A stretch of 64,000 nt of DNA from the human T2T-CHM13v2.0 reference genome, Homo sapiens, in assembly GCF_009914755.1 (NCBI RefSeq), contig NC_060931.1; one strand, given 5' to 3'. Shown here piece by piece: positions 13,060-25,072 of this stretch. The notes below the pieces were generated by a model. The model did no database searches, was not told the DNA's origin, and saw only the letters and a program-made list of their open reading frames with translations. Both the position numbers and the translations under genes were made by a program. Position 1 is the first letter of the stretch. Every line of letters starts with the position of its first letter.

Positions 13060-14540
13060 TGGAGGCTCTTTCCAGGGAGTTGCTTAATTGCTACTGGCAC
13101 AATAGCTCTGGCAGGGGGTGGCTACAGGCCCAGACCTGGAGAACCTGCCCAGTGAGGAAATATGGGAATGGGCACCAATGTAAGAGTCTGGCCATTTTTT
13201 CATAGGGCTACTGCAGTATGCTGGGAGTCCACTCCAGTCCCTAGTCACCTCAGATTTTCTAGTACCTGAAAGTGTCACCAGTGAAGGCTGAAAAACAGCA
13301 AAGATGGCAGCCTGCCCCTCCCTCTGGGAGCTCTGTCCCAGGGATGTACAAACGTGTTGCCAGTCTGAACAGACCTGTAGGAGGTGGCTGGAGACCCCAG
13401 CTGGCAGGTATCACACAGTGACAAGGAACAAGATCAGGAACCCAGTTTTAAAAGAAGTCTGACCACATTTTTGTAGAGAAGCTGTGCTGTGCTGGGGATC
13501 TGCTTCAGTCCCCAGTCACCTTGGACTGTCCAAAGCCTGAAGGGTGAAACAGTTAAGTCACCCAAACAGTACAGATGGTGGCACACTCCAGCACCTTAGA
13601 GCTCCATTTCAGAGAGGCCTGAAACCTCTGTCAGCCATAGAATACCAGCAGGGGCAGCCAGAGACCCTGGTTGGGAGGCCCTACCCAGTGATGAGGAACG
13701 GGATCAGGGACCCATTTAAAACTCATTCTGGCCACATTTATGTAGGGCAGCTGTGCTGTGATGGGGTACCACTTCCACTCCTGGTCAGCTTGGATTCTCT
13801 AAAGCCCAAAGGCTAGAACAGCTAAGTTGCCCAAACAGCAAAGATGGCGGCCCACCCCTTCCTCTGGAAGCTCCATCCCAAGGAGTTTTCCAAATCTCTG
13901 TAGGCCGCAGAATACTGGCAGGAGAGGCTGGAGGCCCCAGATGGGAGGTCCTGCCCAATGAGGAGGAACAGGATCAGGGACTAACTTAAAGAAGCATTGT
14001 GGCCATGTTTTTATAGAGCGGCTATGCTGTACTGGGGCATCCCTTCTACCCATGGTCAATTTGGACCCTCCAAAGCCTGAAGGGCAGAACAGATAAGTCA
14101 CCCAAACTGCAAAGTTGTTAGCCCACCCCAGCCCCTGGGAGTGCCATCTCAACGAACCTGAAACTTCTGTCAGCCAGAGAATACCACTAGGGGTAGCTGG
14201 AGATCCTGGTTGGGAGGCTCCACCCAGTGATGAGGAATGGGATCAGGAACCCACTTAAAAAATCAGGCTGGCAACATTTATGTAGGGCAGCTGTGCCTAC
14301 ATAAACTTGGCCAAAATACTTCTTTAAGAGGGTCCCCAATCCTGTTCTTCCTCACTGGGCAGGACCTCCCAACTGAGGTCTCTGGCAACCCCTGCTGGTA
14401 TTTTCTGGCTGACAGAGATTGTAGAGCAGCTGTGCTGCGCTGGAGAATCCCCGCTGCCCATGGTTGGCTTGAACTCTCTAAAGCCTGAAGGCCAGAACAG
14501 ATAAGTCACCCAAACTGCAGGGGTTGGCGTGCCCCTCCCC
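13060..14540 (-). repeat. ~270-bp tandem units in the L1 5'UTR (about 5 copies)
   Basis: Marker GAGGAA..GATCAGG.ACCCA.TTAAA recurs near 13153, 13423, 13693, 13963 and 14232. Confidence 0.85.
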
Positions 14541-14995
14541 CAGGAGCTCTATCTTAGGGAGGTGTAACACTGCTGTAAGTGGCTGGCTGGAACTCCAAGA
14601 CAGTGGGTCTTATTCTGTGAGGTGTCATGTAAATGGGGCCCACAGACTGCCACTGCTCAGCTCTCTGGATTCAGCCTCTTTCCTAGGGGTATGTATAGGG
14701 TTCTAAACCTCCTGCTTTGGCTGAGTTGCAGCTGCTTTCACTGGGAATCCTAGAAAGCCAAAGTATCTAAGGTTCCCAGGTCTCCATGCATGCCTGAGTG
14801 GCTGCTCTGCAGAGACTGTACATAGCTCTGTGTGTCAGATGGAAAGCCCTGGTGGATTAGGTCCATGAGAGGATCTCCTGGCCCAAGAGTTGCAAAGATC
14901 CATGGGAGAAGCATGGGATCCCAGGATCGTACATCCACTTAGTACTTCCCTGGGTGGAGGATGTTCCCTTGGCTCTGTGTTGCTCCCAGGTGGGC

Positions 14996-17316
14996 TGTAT
15001 TATTCAGTTTCCATGCTGCTACAAAGAACTGCCTGCGATTGGGTAATTTATAAGAAAAATAGTTGTAAATGACTAACAGTTCCAAATGTCTGTGGAGGCC
15101 TCAGGAAACTTATAATCATGGCAGAAGGCAAAAGAGTAGCAAAGGCAAATCTTAAATGGCAGCAAATGAGAGACAGAGTAAATGAGTGAAGGGGGAATAG
15201 CATCTTATAAAACCATCAGATTTCATGAGAACTCACTCACTATCATCAGAACAGCATGGGGGAAATTGCCCCCATGATCCAATTACCTCCCACCAGGTCC
15301 CACCCTCAATCTTTGGGGATTATAGGGATTACAATTCAAGATGTGCTTTGGGTAGGGACCCAGAGCCAAACCATATCATTCTGCCTCTGGCCCCTCCCAA
15401 ATCTCATGTCTTTTCACATTTTGAAACCAATCATGCCTTCTCAACAGTCCCCCAAAGCCTTAACCCATTTCAGCACTAACTCAAAAGTCTACATTCCAAA
15501 GTTTCATCTGACACAAAGCAAGTCCCTTCTGCCTAAGAGCCTGTAAAATCAAAAGCAAGTTAGTTATTTCCTAGATACAATAGGGGTACAGGCATTGGAT
15601 AAATGCTCCCTTTCCAAATGAGATAAATTGGCCAAAACAAAGGGGCTACAGGCCCCATGCAAGTCCAAAATCCAACAGGGCAGTTATTAAATCTTAAAGC
15701 TCCAAAATGAGATCAGGATCAGGAAACCAATTTAAAAAGTAGTCTGACCCCATTAACTCCATATCTCACATGTGAGACATGCCGCTATAAGAGATGGGCT
15801 CCCATGATCTTAGCCAGCTCCAACCCTGTGGCTTTGCAGGGTACACTTCTGCTCCTGGCTGCCTTCATGAGCTGGCATTGAGTGTCTGAAGATTCTCCAG
15901 AGGCACAGTGCAAGCTGTTGGTAGATCTACCATTGAGGGGTCTGGTGGATGGTGGCCCTCTTCTCACAGCTCCACTAGGCAGTGCCCCAGTGGGGACTCT
16001 GGGGCCTCCAACCCCACATTTCCCTTCCATACTGCCCTACCAGTTCTACATGAGGGCCCCACCCCTGCACCACACTTCTGCCTAGACAGCCAGACATTTC
16101 CATACACTCTCTGGAATCTAGGTGGAGGTTCCCAAACCTCAGTTCTTGACTTCTGTGCATCCGCAGGACCAACACCACGTGGAAGCTGCCAAGGCTTGAG
16201 GCTTGTACCCTCTGAAGCAATGGCCTAATCTGTACCTTGACCCCTTTTAGCCATGGCTGGGATGCAGGGCACCAAGTCCTCAGACTGCACAAAGCAATAA
16301 GACCCTGGGCCTCACCCACAAAACCATTTTTTTTCCCTCCTAGAACCCTGGGCCTGTGATGAAAGAAGCTCTCCTGTGAAGGTCTCTGACATACCCTGGA
16401 GACATTTTCCCCATTGTTTTGGCTCTTAACATTTGGCTCCTTGCTACTTATGCAAATTTCTGCAGCTGGTTTGAATTTCTTTCCAGAAAATAGGTTTTTC
16501 TTTTCTATTGCATCATCAGGCTGCACATTTTCCAAACTTTTATGTTCTGTCACCTCTTGAATCCTTTACTGCTTAGAAATTTCTTCTTCCAGGTATTCTA
16601 AATCATGTCTCTCGAGTTCAAACTTCCACAGATCTCTAGGGCTGGGGCAAAATGCTGCCAGTCTCTCTGCTAAAGTATAGCAAGAGGGACTTTTGCTCCA
16701 GTTCCCACTAAGTTCATCTCCATCTGATACTACCTCAGCCTGGATTTCATCGTCCATATCACGATCAGCATTTTGGTCAAAACTATTCAACAAGTCTCTA
16801 GGAAGTTCCAAACCTTTCCACATCTCTCTGTCTTCTTCTGAGCCCTCCAAGCTGTTCCAACTTCTTCCTGTTACCCAGTTTCAAAGTTGCTTCCACATGT
16901 TCAAATACCTTTTTTAGCAGCACCCCACTCCTGGTACCAATTTACTGTGTTAGTCCATTTTCATAGTGGTATAAAGAACTGCCTGAGTCTGGGTAATTTA
17001 TTAAAAATGAGTTCTAATTGACTCACAGTTCAGCATGGCTGTGGAGGCCTCAGGAAACTTACAATCATGGTGGAAGGCAAAGGAGTAGCAAAGGGATGTC
17101 TTACATGGTGGCAGTTGAGAGACACAGAAATGAGTGAAGGGGGAAGAGCCCCTTATAAAACTATCAGATCTCATGAGAACTCACTCACTATCATAAGAAC
17201 AGCATAGGGGAAACCACCAATCACCTCCCACCCGGTCCCACCCTCAACATGTAGGGATTATGTGGATTGCAATTTGAGATGATATTTGGGTGGGTTCACA
17301 GAGCCAAACCATATCA
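14996..17316 (-). mobile_element. Complete THE1D-like MaLR element (LTR 14996-15378, internal 15379-16945, LTR 16946-17316)
   Basis: Two ~370-380 bp LTRs with TG...CA ends; perfect 5-bp TSD TGGGC at 14991-14995 and 17317-17321; broken THE1 internal ORF (16566-16850 MEGSEEDREMWKGLELPRDLLN). Confidence 0.95.
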
Positions 17317-18321
17317 TGGGCCATCTTCCTGCCTTGCTTTTTTCCATTATCCATGGGTCAAATTGTTTACTTGATTAGTCCCAATGTGAGTACCTAGATG
17401 TTTCAGTTGAAGCTGCTGTATTTACTTGCCTCTTCTTCTCCTCTTTGTGAGAGCCATGCACACTAGCTGCTTCTAGTCAGCCATCTTGGCCACTCCCCAT
17501 CAATTTGTATTGAACAAGAACGAAAAGATTTGTTTTTAATTTTTGTAATTATTATATCTTACTTCAGTAAAGACCATTAACTCCTAATTTTTCCATCTTC
17601 CATCCCCAAATTCTATCAGCTTGTCTGAAAAACACACTCCCATGTACTCCCACACCACAACCAAAATAACTATATAAAAAATAAGTACCTAGAAGTTGAA
17701 AGGGTAAAGACGTAGGAATACAAAAAAACAAAAAACAAAAAACAAAAAAAACTGATACTATTCTTTCTATAATTCTGGAATTTAAACTTATTTTAATTTA
17801 ATAATTCCCTCAGAAATGTTAAATATGAAACTCTTTCTCATCTCTAGCTCTCAGAGAATGAAAACATGATTTCCAGTTATGTTATTTCATTATAAAAATG
17901 TTAGCATAAAATAATTAGAATATCTCCAAGGCATTTTTAATTTTGTAATTCTAACTCTACGGCCCACAGAGTTTATTATACTGTAATAGAACCTGTATAT
18001 TGAATTGTGCCTATTTTTTCAGTGTGTGTGTACATATATATGTTGGGACTAGCCTACTGATTGATTCTAAAAACTTCCATTCTATGAAATTTAATTCAGT
18101 AAATACTTATCGATATTCTTATGACAGGTCCTGTACCTAGAAAATGATTGAGGAAGTTTCTGTGCCCTCAAAGGAACCAGAATTTATAAAAGAAAATTTA
18201 GCTTATATAACTTCTCCATTCTGAATTAGACAAATATTTTTAGATACAATAATTACAGTTCTTCCTTTTACTTCCTTTAAACTTTACCAACCTGTGACAT
18301 TCTAATTTTTAAAATTGTAAT

Positions 18322-18495
18322 AGTTAGCTTTCTACACACCATTTAGGTCATCGGCCTACATCAAAAATGCATCACATTGAACTTTGCTGATTAATGGCAT
18401 TTATACCATGGATTGCCATGACAAATGGTGCCTCGCTGTTGTCATGCAGTCTGCATGACCAACGAACAGGCAATGAAGATATAATCATAGGTATC
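18322..18495 (+). repeat. Probable Eulor5-family ancient conserved repeat (Crypton-derived)
   Basis: TCAAAAATGCATCAC...GATTAATGGCATTTATACCATGGATTGCCATGACAA...CAGTCTGCATGACCAACGAACAGGCAATGAAGATATAATCATAGG matches my recollection of the Eulor5 consensus 3' part; not checked against a database. Confidence 0.62.
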
Positions 18496-19004
18496 ACCAG
18501 GTCCAGATTAGATGGATTAGACAGTATAATACTGCTTGCATAATACTGTAGGATTGGCTCAAAGTTTAAGCTTAATTTTCTCTATTATTTATAGATATAC
18601 TAAAGTGAGAACTGCTTATTAAAAATCTGGAAAAGTGTTTCCATGATACCATGTTTCTCACATCTCCAGAATACAGCCTTACCAGTAGACATTTGTATAC
18701 TAGAACATATTTTAACTGAAAGGGATTCTAGAGAGCATTTAGATTCTCTGTGTCATTTTATTGTAAAAAGAAGGCCTACAGAGAAGAAGACAGTTTTTTC
18801 CCTCCTCTTTTTACTGCACTTGCAGCATAGGCAAAGCCAGAATTTGGTCAGCTGGCTCATAATCCAATGGCCTTTTTCCTTGAACTTGATAAGTAGACAT
18901 TTAATTTTAATTTGAATAATTAAGAAAACTCCTTAAAATGTGTCCCTGTGCCTCTCCTGAAGGTGCCCTCTTAAACATTAGCAGCTAGACCCTTCTTTTC
19001 TAGA

Positions 19005-19305
19005 TTTTTTTTTTTTAAACAAGTCTCACCCTGTCACCCAAGCTGCACTGGAGTGCAGTGATGTGGTCATAGCTCACTGTAATTGAGCCCAAATTCCTGG
19101 GCTCAAGTGATACTCCTGCCTCAGCCGGACGAGTAGCTATTCCTATAGGGATAAGCCACCTTACCTGACTAATTTATTTATTTTTTATAGAGATAGAGTC
19201 TTGCCATGTTGACCAGGCTGGTCTTAAACTTCTGGCTTCTAGCAATCCTCCTGCCTTGGCCTCCCAAAATGCTGGGATTAGAGGTGTGAGCCACTGTGCC
19301 CGGCC
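19005..19305 (-). mobile_element. AluJ
   Basis: Dimeric Alu with J-type motifs (CTGGGCTCAAGTGAT, TCTTGCCATGTTG); degenerate TSD TTTC(T/C)AGAT. Confidence 0.93.
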
Positions 19306-20811
19306 ATTTCCAGATATGTTTATGGTACCCACACTTAAGATTGGATGGACTCACAAAATCCAACTCTGAAAATCAGGCAAGTCTCCTGAAGGGAAGTAGA
19401 ATCTGTTCTTTTAATTCAAGCAAAGCAAACAAGGATCATTACCACATTCCAAGATAATGAGAATATCCAAAGATGATCCCTCAGTTGGTAAGGGATTCCT
19501 ACCACACAGTTATGTCATAATTTCTCTGCTCATCCCCTCTTGGAAGTGATTTTTCCACTGTCTACACTAGAGTCTAAAGGAGAGTGCTTTACTTCTTTTC
19601 AAAGAACTCCTTTAAAAGAATAGCTAAATAGCCACCATAAAAAGGTCTCATATATATGAGGCTTATATACTCATTTATATGAGAAGCCTTAAAGAATAAC
19701 TTTGCATCACGTTTTATATAGACTTCTCAAAAAGTAAAAAAGAGAAAGATGAATTTTAAAGAACAAACAGGTACAAAGGAAAACAGTTAAAATCCCATGA
19801 ACAAATAAAATAACATTAGATCATTTTTTCAAGTATAGTTTTATATAAAATATGAAGATATGAGGGAAATAATCTGTTAAAACTTGATATGAGAGAATTA
19901 GAACCATTAGAGGAGATGTGATAAATACACACTGTCACTACTTCCACCTGATTGTAAATATTTTAAATTTAGGAATGGCCTATTTCCTTTCCCCAGGAGA
20001 CTAATCAGAATTTAAATCAGGGTAGGGAAGGTTTGTCACAAATTTTTTGATCCAGAACTTCCCCAGACATGGGGTAAAGGGTCTGAAAATTATGTTCTAG
20101 CCTACTTGGAATGTGAAATTTTCTTCTACTCTTCAAACAGTGGAAATTATAATCATTGCAGTAAAGAATGAGGATTAACCATCTCATATTATATAATTAT
20201 AGGTTAAGTATTCTCAGCATAGGTGAAATGAAAATAAAATATGAATAAAGTTCATTTGCCCATTCTAAGATTCAGAAGTGGCATATCAATCTTTGTCTCC
20301 AACGTTCAAACCACTACTATCATCACAGCATACATGGTCTGTGGTTTGACAATGCAAGTTTCAGAAATGAAACCAGAATATACAGAATCATTTTGTTCTG
20401 CTCCATGTGTCTAGATGTTACTCATTCACCCTTTCCTGAAACTTGAGGCATTTGGAAGCCAGGTAGATGAATTTACTACACATCATCCCTATGATGTGTA
20501 GGTGAATTTACCACCGGGTAGGTGAATTTACCACATCATCCCTATGAGCTTTTGTCTAAATTATCTGGCTACACAAAAGATCAGCTTGAAACTTATTGCT
20601 CACCTCTTATCTATTCAATGGTTTGATGGAACAGCAAGGAATATCGTTAAAGACAATGAGGCATCAACTCCTTTAATTATTCTCTCTTAAGAATCTGCCA
20701 TTTCAGACCATCTATTTCAGATTTGGAATCGCGACATTTTAACCTCCTCTTGATTAAAGGTTTCTATCTCCATCTCAAAGAATGCTTACTTCTATGTGGT
20801 TTCTCACAAAT

Positions 20812-20870
20812 GGCTTAACCTTTCTGCATCTCAGTTTCATCCATTATAAAACAGAGGTAATTACAGTGGG
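20812..20870 (+). mobile_element. MIR core fragment
   Basis: CTTAACCTTTCTGCATCTCAGTTTCATCCATTATAAAACAGAGGTAAT. Confidence 0.65.
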
Positions 20871-23327
20871 CTCTATTTGCCCAGGATGTAGCAGGCATGC
20901 TCCATGCATGGACTCCCTATAAGGTGTTTATGTAGAAGTTCTTTATAGAGTTCGAAATATGTCATAAGAACAAAGACAGAACTGAAAATAGAATAGGGAC
21001 TAAAAGCAAGGTAGGACTCAAGAAAGTGCAAAGTTGAACGTTGGTGTTCTAGAGTCATTTGGTATTAATTCTGCCTTTTACACATTTAATTCACCTACCT
21101 TAAAAAAAAACAACTAAAGAGTCATGCACAATAGGCAAATAGAACTTTACAACTAGTATAAATTAAAACTCACAAAATGTTTCATCAAGCTTACAAGTAA
21201 CATAATATTTTTAACAGTTATAAAAACACAAAGTTGAGAACTGATATGATTTTAGTTTTCAAAGATATTTTTCAAAGTTAAATAAAGGATGTGAGATACT
21301 GATATTAAAATAAAGATGTGAATTATCTCATGATTTCTCCATTAAGGATAAAAACAGCCTGTACTTGCAAAAACTTTTGTATTAGTTTTTCAGTAATTTT
21401 AATTTTGAATGGTATCTATGCTTCCATTTTGAATTATAGAATTTTTGTTTTATCATTAAAAGTACTTTTATCCAATTTGCTCTATAAATCATTAGTGATT
21501 AAGGATTTGTCTATATAAAAAGTATTTTGAAAATGTTTCTCAGACAATATAGATAATAAGTAGCCAATATATTTCAATAATCATGAACATGTCCTTGAAG
21601 AAAATTTTTCTTTTCCTGTATTAGAAGAACTATGCAGAACTATTACTAGCAGCATGCTATTGAAATGTGCTCCATATTCAGACATTAGTTCAATATTATT
21701 GATAAACACCAAGGAATATTTTTATATCTTCAGGGTTTTTGGCCCCAGTATTCACTATTTACCCAAATCTTGGCAACCTTAGATTGTCACATCTATAGCT
21801 AACCATTGGTTGAATAGAAAGGCTTATCCATTAATTTAAAAATAAATATACTTAAAAACCTTTTCACATGATAACATATCCTTGCTCTAGATAAAATAAC
21901 AAGGCCAAGGTACAGCAGTATATGTTGATTCTATGTCAATAGATTAGGACTTTATTAATCTTCCAATAAGTGGCCAAATGAAAGTTCTCATTTTATGTGA
22001 AAGAGGCTGTAGTGGAAAGAAGCTGTTCACTAAATTATTATTGACTTGCCTATTATTTTTAATAGGCTTAGAAAATCAAATCAGATTCTTATAGAATTTT
22101 GACAGGAAGAAAGTATTTGCCAATAAATAAACCCTAGACTATGAAGTAATATTATTCTTTAGTTTGGCTGATAAGACAAAATTTTAATATCTTTACATTA
22201 TAGAACCATATAATTCCTAAATGTCCAATATCCCAAGAACTACTATACTTAGAAGGAAATGTAAAGATATTAGATATTGTACACATAAAAGTAAATAACA
22301 TGATTAATATTGTCCAACTTTAAAAAGACTAAAATTATTCACTTTGAAGCAAAGGTCTGTAACTTCTCTTAGAAACATTATAATAGTATCAAATACTTTT
22401 ATAAATGTTTAAACTAAAGGAAGAGTAAAGGAGAAATCCATAATCTTTAATACAGTGGTCAAGAAACTAACTTCTCCAGTGAGAATGGTGGGCCAACATC
22501 TTGGAATTATTTCACATTAAATGAACAAAAATCATCAAAAACAAGGCTACGCCTATGTCTAAGTATCAAAACAATTAACATAATTTAACTCATAAGCAGT
22601 ATTTATTTCACACTTTCAGTTATACTTAGTCACAGTAATTGATAGGTGCTGGCTACCTTTCCTATATTAAAATAGTGCCCTGACCTGTTATCAATATAAT
22701 AGATTATATGTGTTGTTTCATAGGTACCAATGATAGCTTTGGCCTGATTTGAAAACACCTCATTTCATTTATCCTTCAAAACAAGAGCTTAGGTGAATAA
22801 TTAAAATGTAAGATTAAATCTCAAATGTAAGAGCCGGAATGGCAAAGACGTTTTATTTTCATACAAAGTAAAACTGACAGATAGTTGCTACTTTGAGTAC
22901 CGTTGAGAAAAAATGTAAGCACAAATCCAACTCAGTAGGAAAAATATTTTAATGGAATCTTACATAATAGTAGGAAACCGGGAATGCAGTCTACATAGAT
23001 GCTGGTGACATTGGATTTAATTTATTTTTATTCAGCACCTAGTATGTGGAAGACTTCACGCACATGACTGCAACAGATACAAAGATAAGTTGGTTGCAAC
23101 TCTTGACTTCAAGGAAGGCAGCAGAGTGAGGAGGATGAAAGAGGCAAAACAAACCATATTGCACTGAATGATAAAAGTGACATATGAAGGGTACAGATAA
23201 AGTGTTAATTGGGAGTTTGGAGAAAAGAGATTATTTTAGTTCAAAGAAGTTTTTCATAAAGATTCATCGTGGAAATGGTAAAAGATTTTACAAATACTGT
23301 TTGGAGTTTAAGAATGAGTCCTATATC

Positions 23328-23668
23328 AGCTGGATATGGTGGCTCACACCTGTAATCCCAGCACTGTGGGAGGCTGAGGTGGGTGGATCATTTTAGGTCA
23401 CGAGTTCAAGCCCAGCCTGGCCAACATGGTGAAACCCTGTCTCTACTAAAACTATGAGAAATTAACTGGGCATGGTAGCACATGCCTATAATCTCAGGTA
23501 CTGGGGAGGCTGAGGCAGGAGAATCACTTGAACCTGGGAAGCAGAGGTTACAGTGAGCTGAGCTTGAGCCACTGCACTCCACACTCCAGCCTGGGCGACA
23601 GAGTGGGACTCCACCCCCCAGCCCCAACACACCAAAAAAAAAGAAAGAAAGAAAGAAAGACAGACAGA
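23328..23668 (+). mobile_element. AluS with (GAAA)n tail
   Basis: Full Alu; TSD AAGAA(T/A)GAGTCCTATA(T/C)C at 23310-23327 and 23669-23686. Confidence 0.95.
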
Positions 23669-24379
23669 AAGAAAGAGTCCTATACCTGCCTAAACTCTGA
23701 ACTGAAGAGCCTGTAAGTTTACCAAATAAGTTCACATTTTTTAACATCTAAGTTTAGCAAGTACATATAGTTCAGTGTAATTGAAATTTGCCTTAATTTC
23801 TCTTTATTCAATAACTATTCTCTGACATTCTAGATTTGATTTTTCTGTTTCTGTTTGTGATTCCCCAGTAAGAATGTAGCATGTTCTCTTTCCTTCCCCT
23901 ACAAATTGCTAAATTTGCAGCAGAAGACCAAGAGTTAAGGATTTAATTGATATTTTGAATCTGTCATGCAACCACTCACTTGGACTCTCAGGCCTCTTGG
24001 TCCTATTTCAAGAGTGGCCTGGCCCACATAAGCCATAATATAGTTTGTAAATTGTCCAATTTAGCTGTTCAGCTGCTGTAGTCTAAAGTAAAAAATATGT
24101 AAGTGGGTCAGCTCTAAAATTAATTCAGCCTAACTTTGCCTGAAAACACTAAGAATATTACCATCCTGAGGGCCAAAATATCGCCTCCAAGCAGACTGAA
24201 ACCATCCCTGGAGAACAATTGCCCAGGACGACATTTCCATGACATGTTCACTCTATTCCCATGTCTGCAGCTCTTGATTACAACCTAGGATGCTTGCATC
24301 CTGCTTACCAGAAAATACAGGTGTTAGCTTTAACTGATGTGCAAGTGAGAATAGGCTGATAAAATGAAGCACAGCTAAA

Positions 24380-24570
24380 TAATAATCACAAGTAACATTT
24401 ATTGAGCATCTACAATTTACCAGATGCTCATTTAATCTATTTACAATTCTATAGGAGAGAAGTTATTATTATGCTGCTTTACAGATATAGAAACTGGGTC
24501 TGGATCACAGGTAGAGCTGGAACTTGAACCATAGTCTCAAAATTCTGTGCCTTGAATTGCCACATCATAC
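24380..24570 (-). mobile_element. MIR fragment
   Basis: CATTTATTGAGCATCTAC...TTTACAGATATAGAAACTG...AGAGCTGGAACTTGAACC. Confidence 0.65.
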
Positions 24571-24681
24571 TACTTTTGTACATATGTTACTTTCCTCTGT
24601 GTATATTCCTCATTGATTAAGCACCTACTATGTGTCAGTCACCATGCTAGAGAGTATGAATATAAGATGAGGGATGAACAG

Positions 24682-25072
24682 TGTTATTGACTGAATTGTC
24701 CCCCACACCCCATCCAAATTTGTATGTTGAAGCCCCATCCTTTAATGAACTGTGTATTTGGAGATAGGGTTTTCAAGGAGATAATTAAGGTTAAATGAGT
24801 TCATAAGAGTAGGACCCTAATCCCATAAGGCTGGTGTCCTTATAAAAAGCAGAAAAGATACCAGAAGTGTGTGCACACAGACAACAGCCCATGTGAGGAC
24901 ACAATGAGCAATAGTCATCTACAAGCCAAGGAGAGAGGCCTCACCAGATACCAACCCTGCCAGAACCTTGATCTTGGACTTTCAGCCTCCATAACTGTAC
25001 AATAATAAATTTCTGTAGTTTAAGCCACTCAGACTTATAATTTCATTATGGCAGCCCTAGCAGACTAATACA
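24682..25072 (+). mobile_element. MLT1A/B-type MaLR solo LTR
   Basis: TG...CA ends, GTATTTGGAGATAGG, CCTTGATCTTGGACTTTCAGCCTCC, AATAAATTTCTG, GCAGCCCTAGCAGACTAATACA. Confidence 0.9.

Larger units (their letters stand above)
6640..17498 (-). mobile_element. Near full-length degraded L1PA13-like (L1P4) LINE-1, interrupted by THE1D
   Basis: 3'UTR at 6640; ORF2 remnants (10455-10709 MTDSNPHISIVTLNVN, 8306-8722 [16 protein letters not shown] motif); ORF1 remnants 11039-11571; 5' end GGGGAGTGGCCAAGATGGCTGACTAGAAGCAGC on minus at 17498. Many stops and frameshifts. Confidence 0.92.

Noticed and set aside
13060-14540. Regularly spaced repeats as a CRISPR-like array
   Set aside because: Whole ~270-bp units are homologous with no unique spacers, they lie in an L1 5'UTR, and there are no cas genes.
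15975-16850. 192-aa and 94-aa ORFs as a novel gene
   Set aside because: They are frameshifted pieces of the known THE1/MaLR internal ORF.
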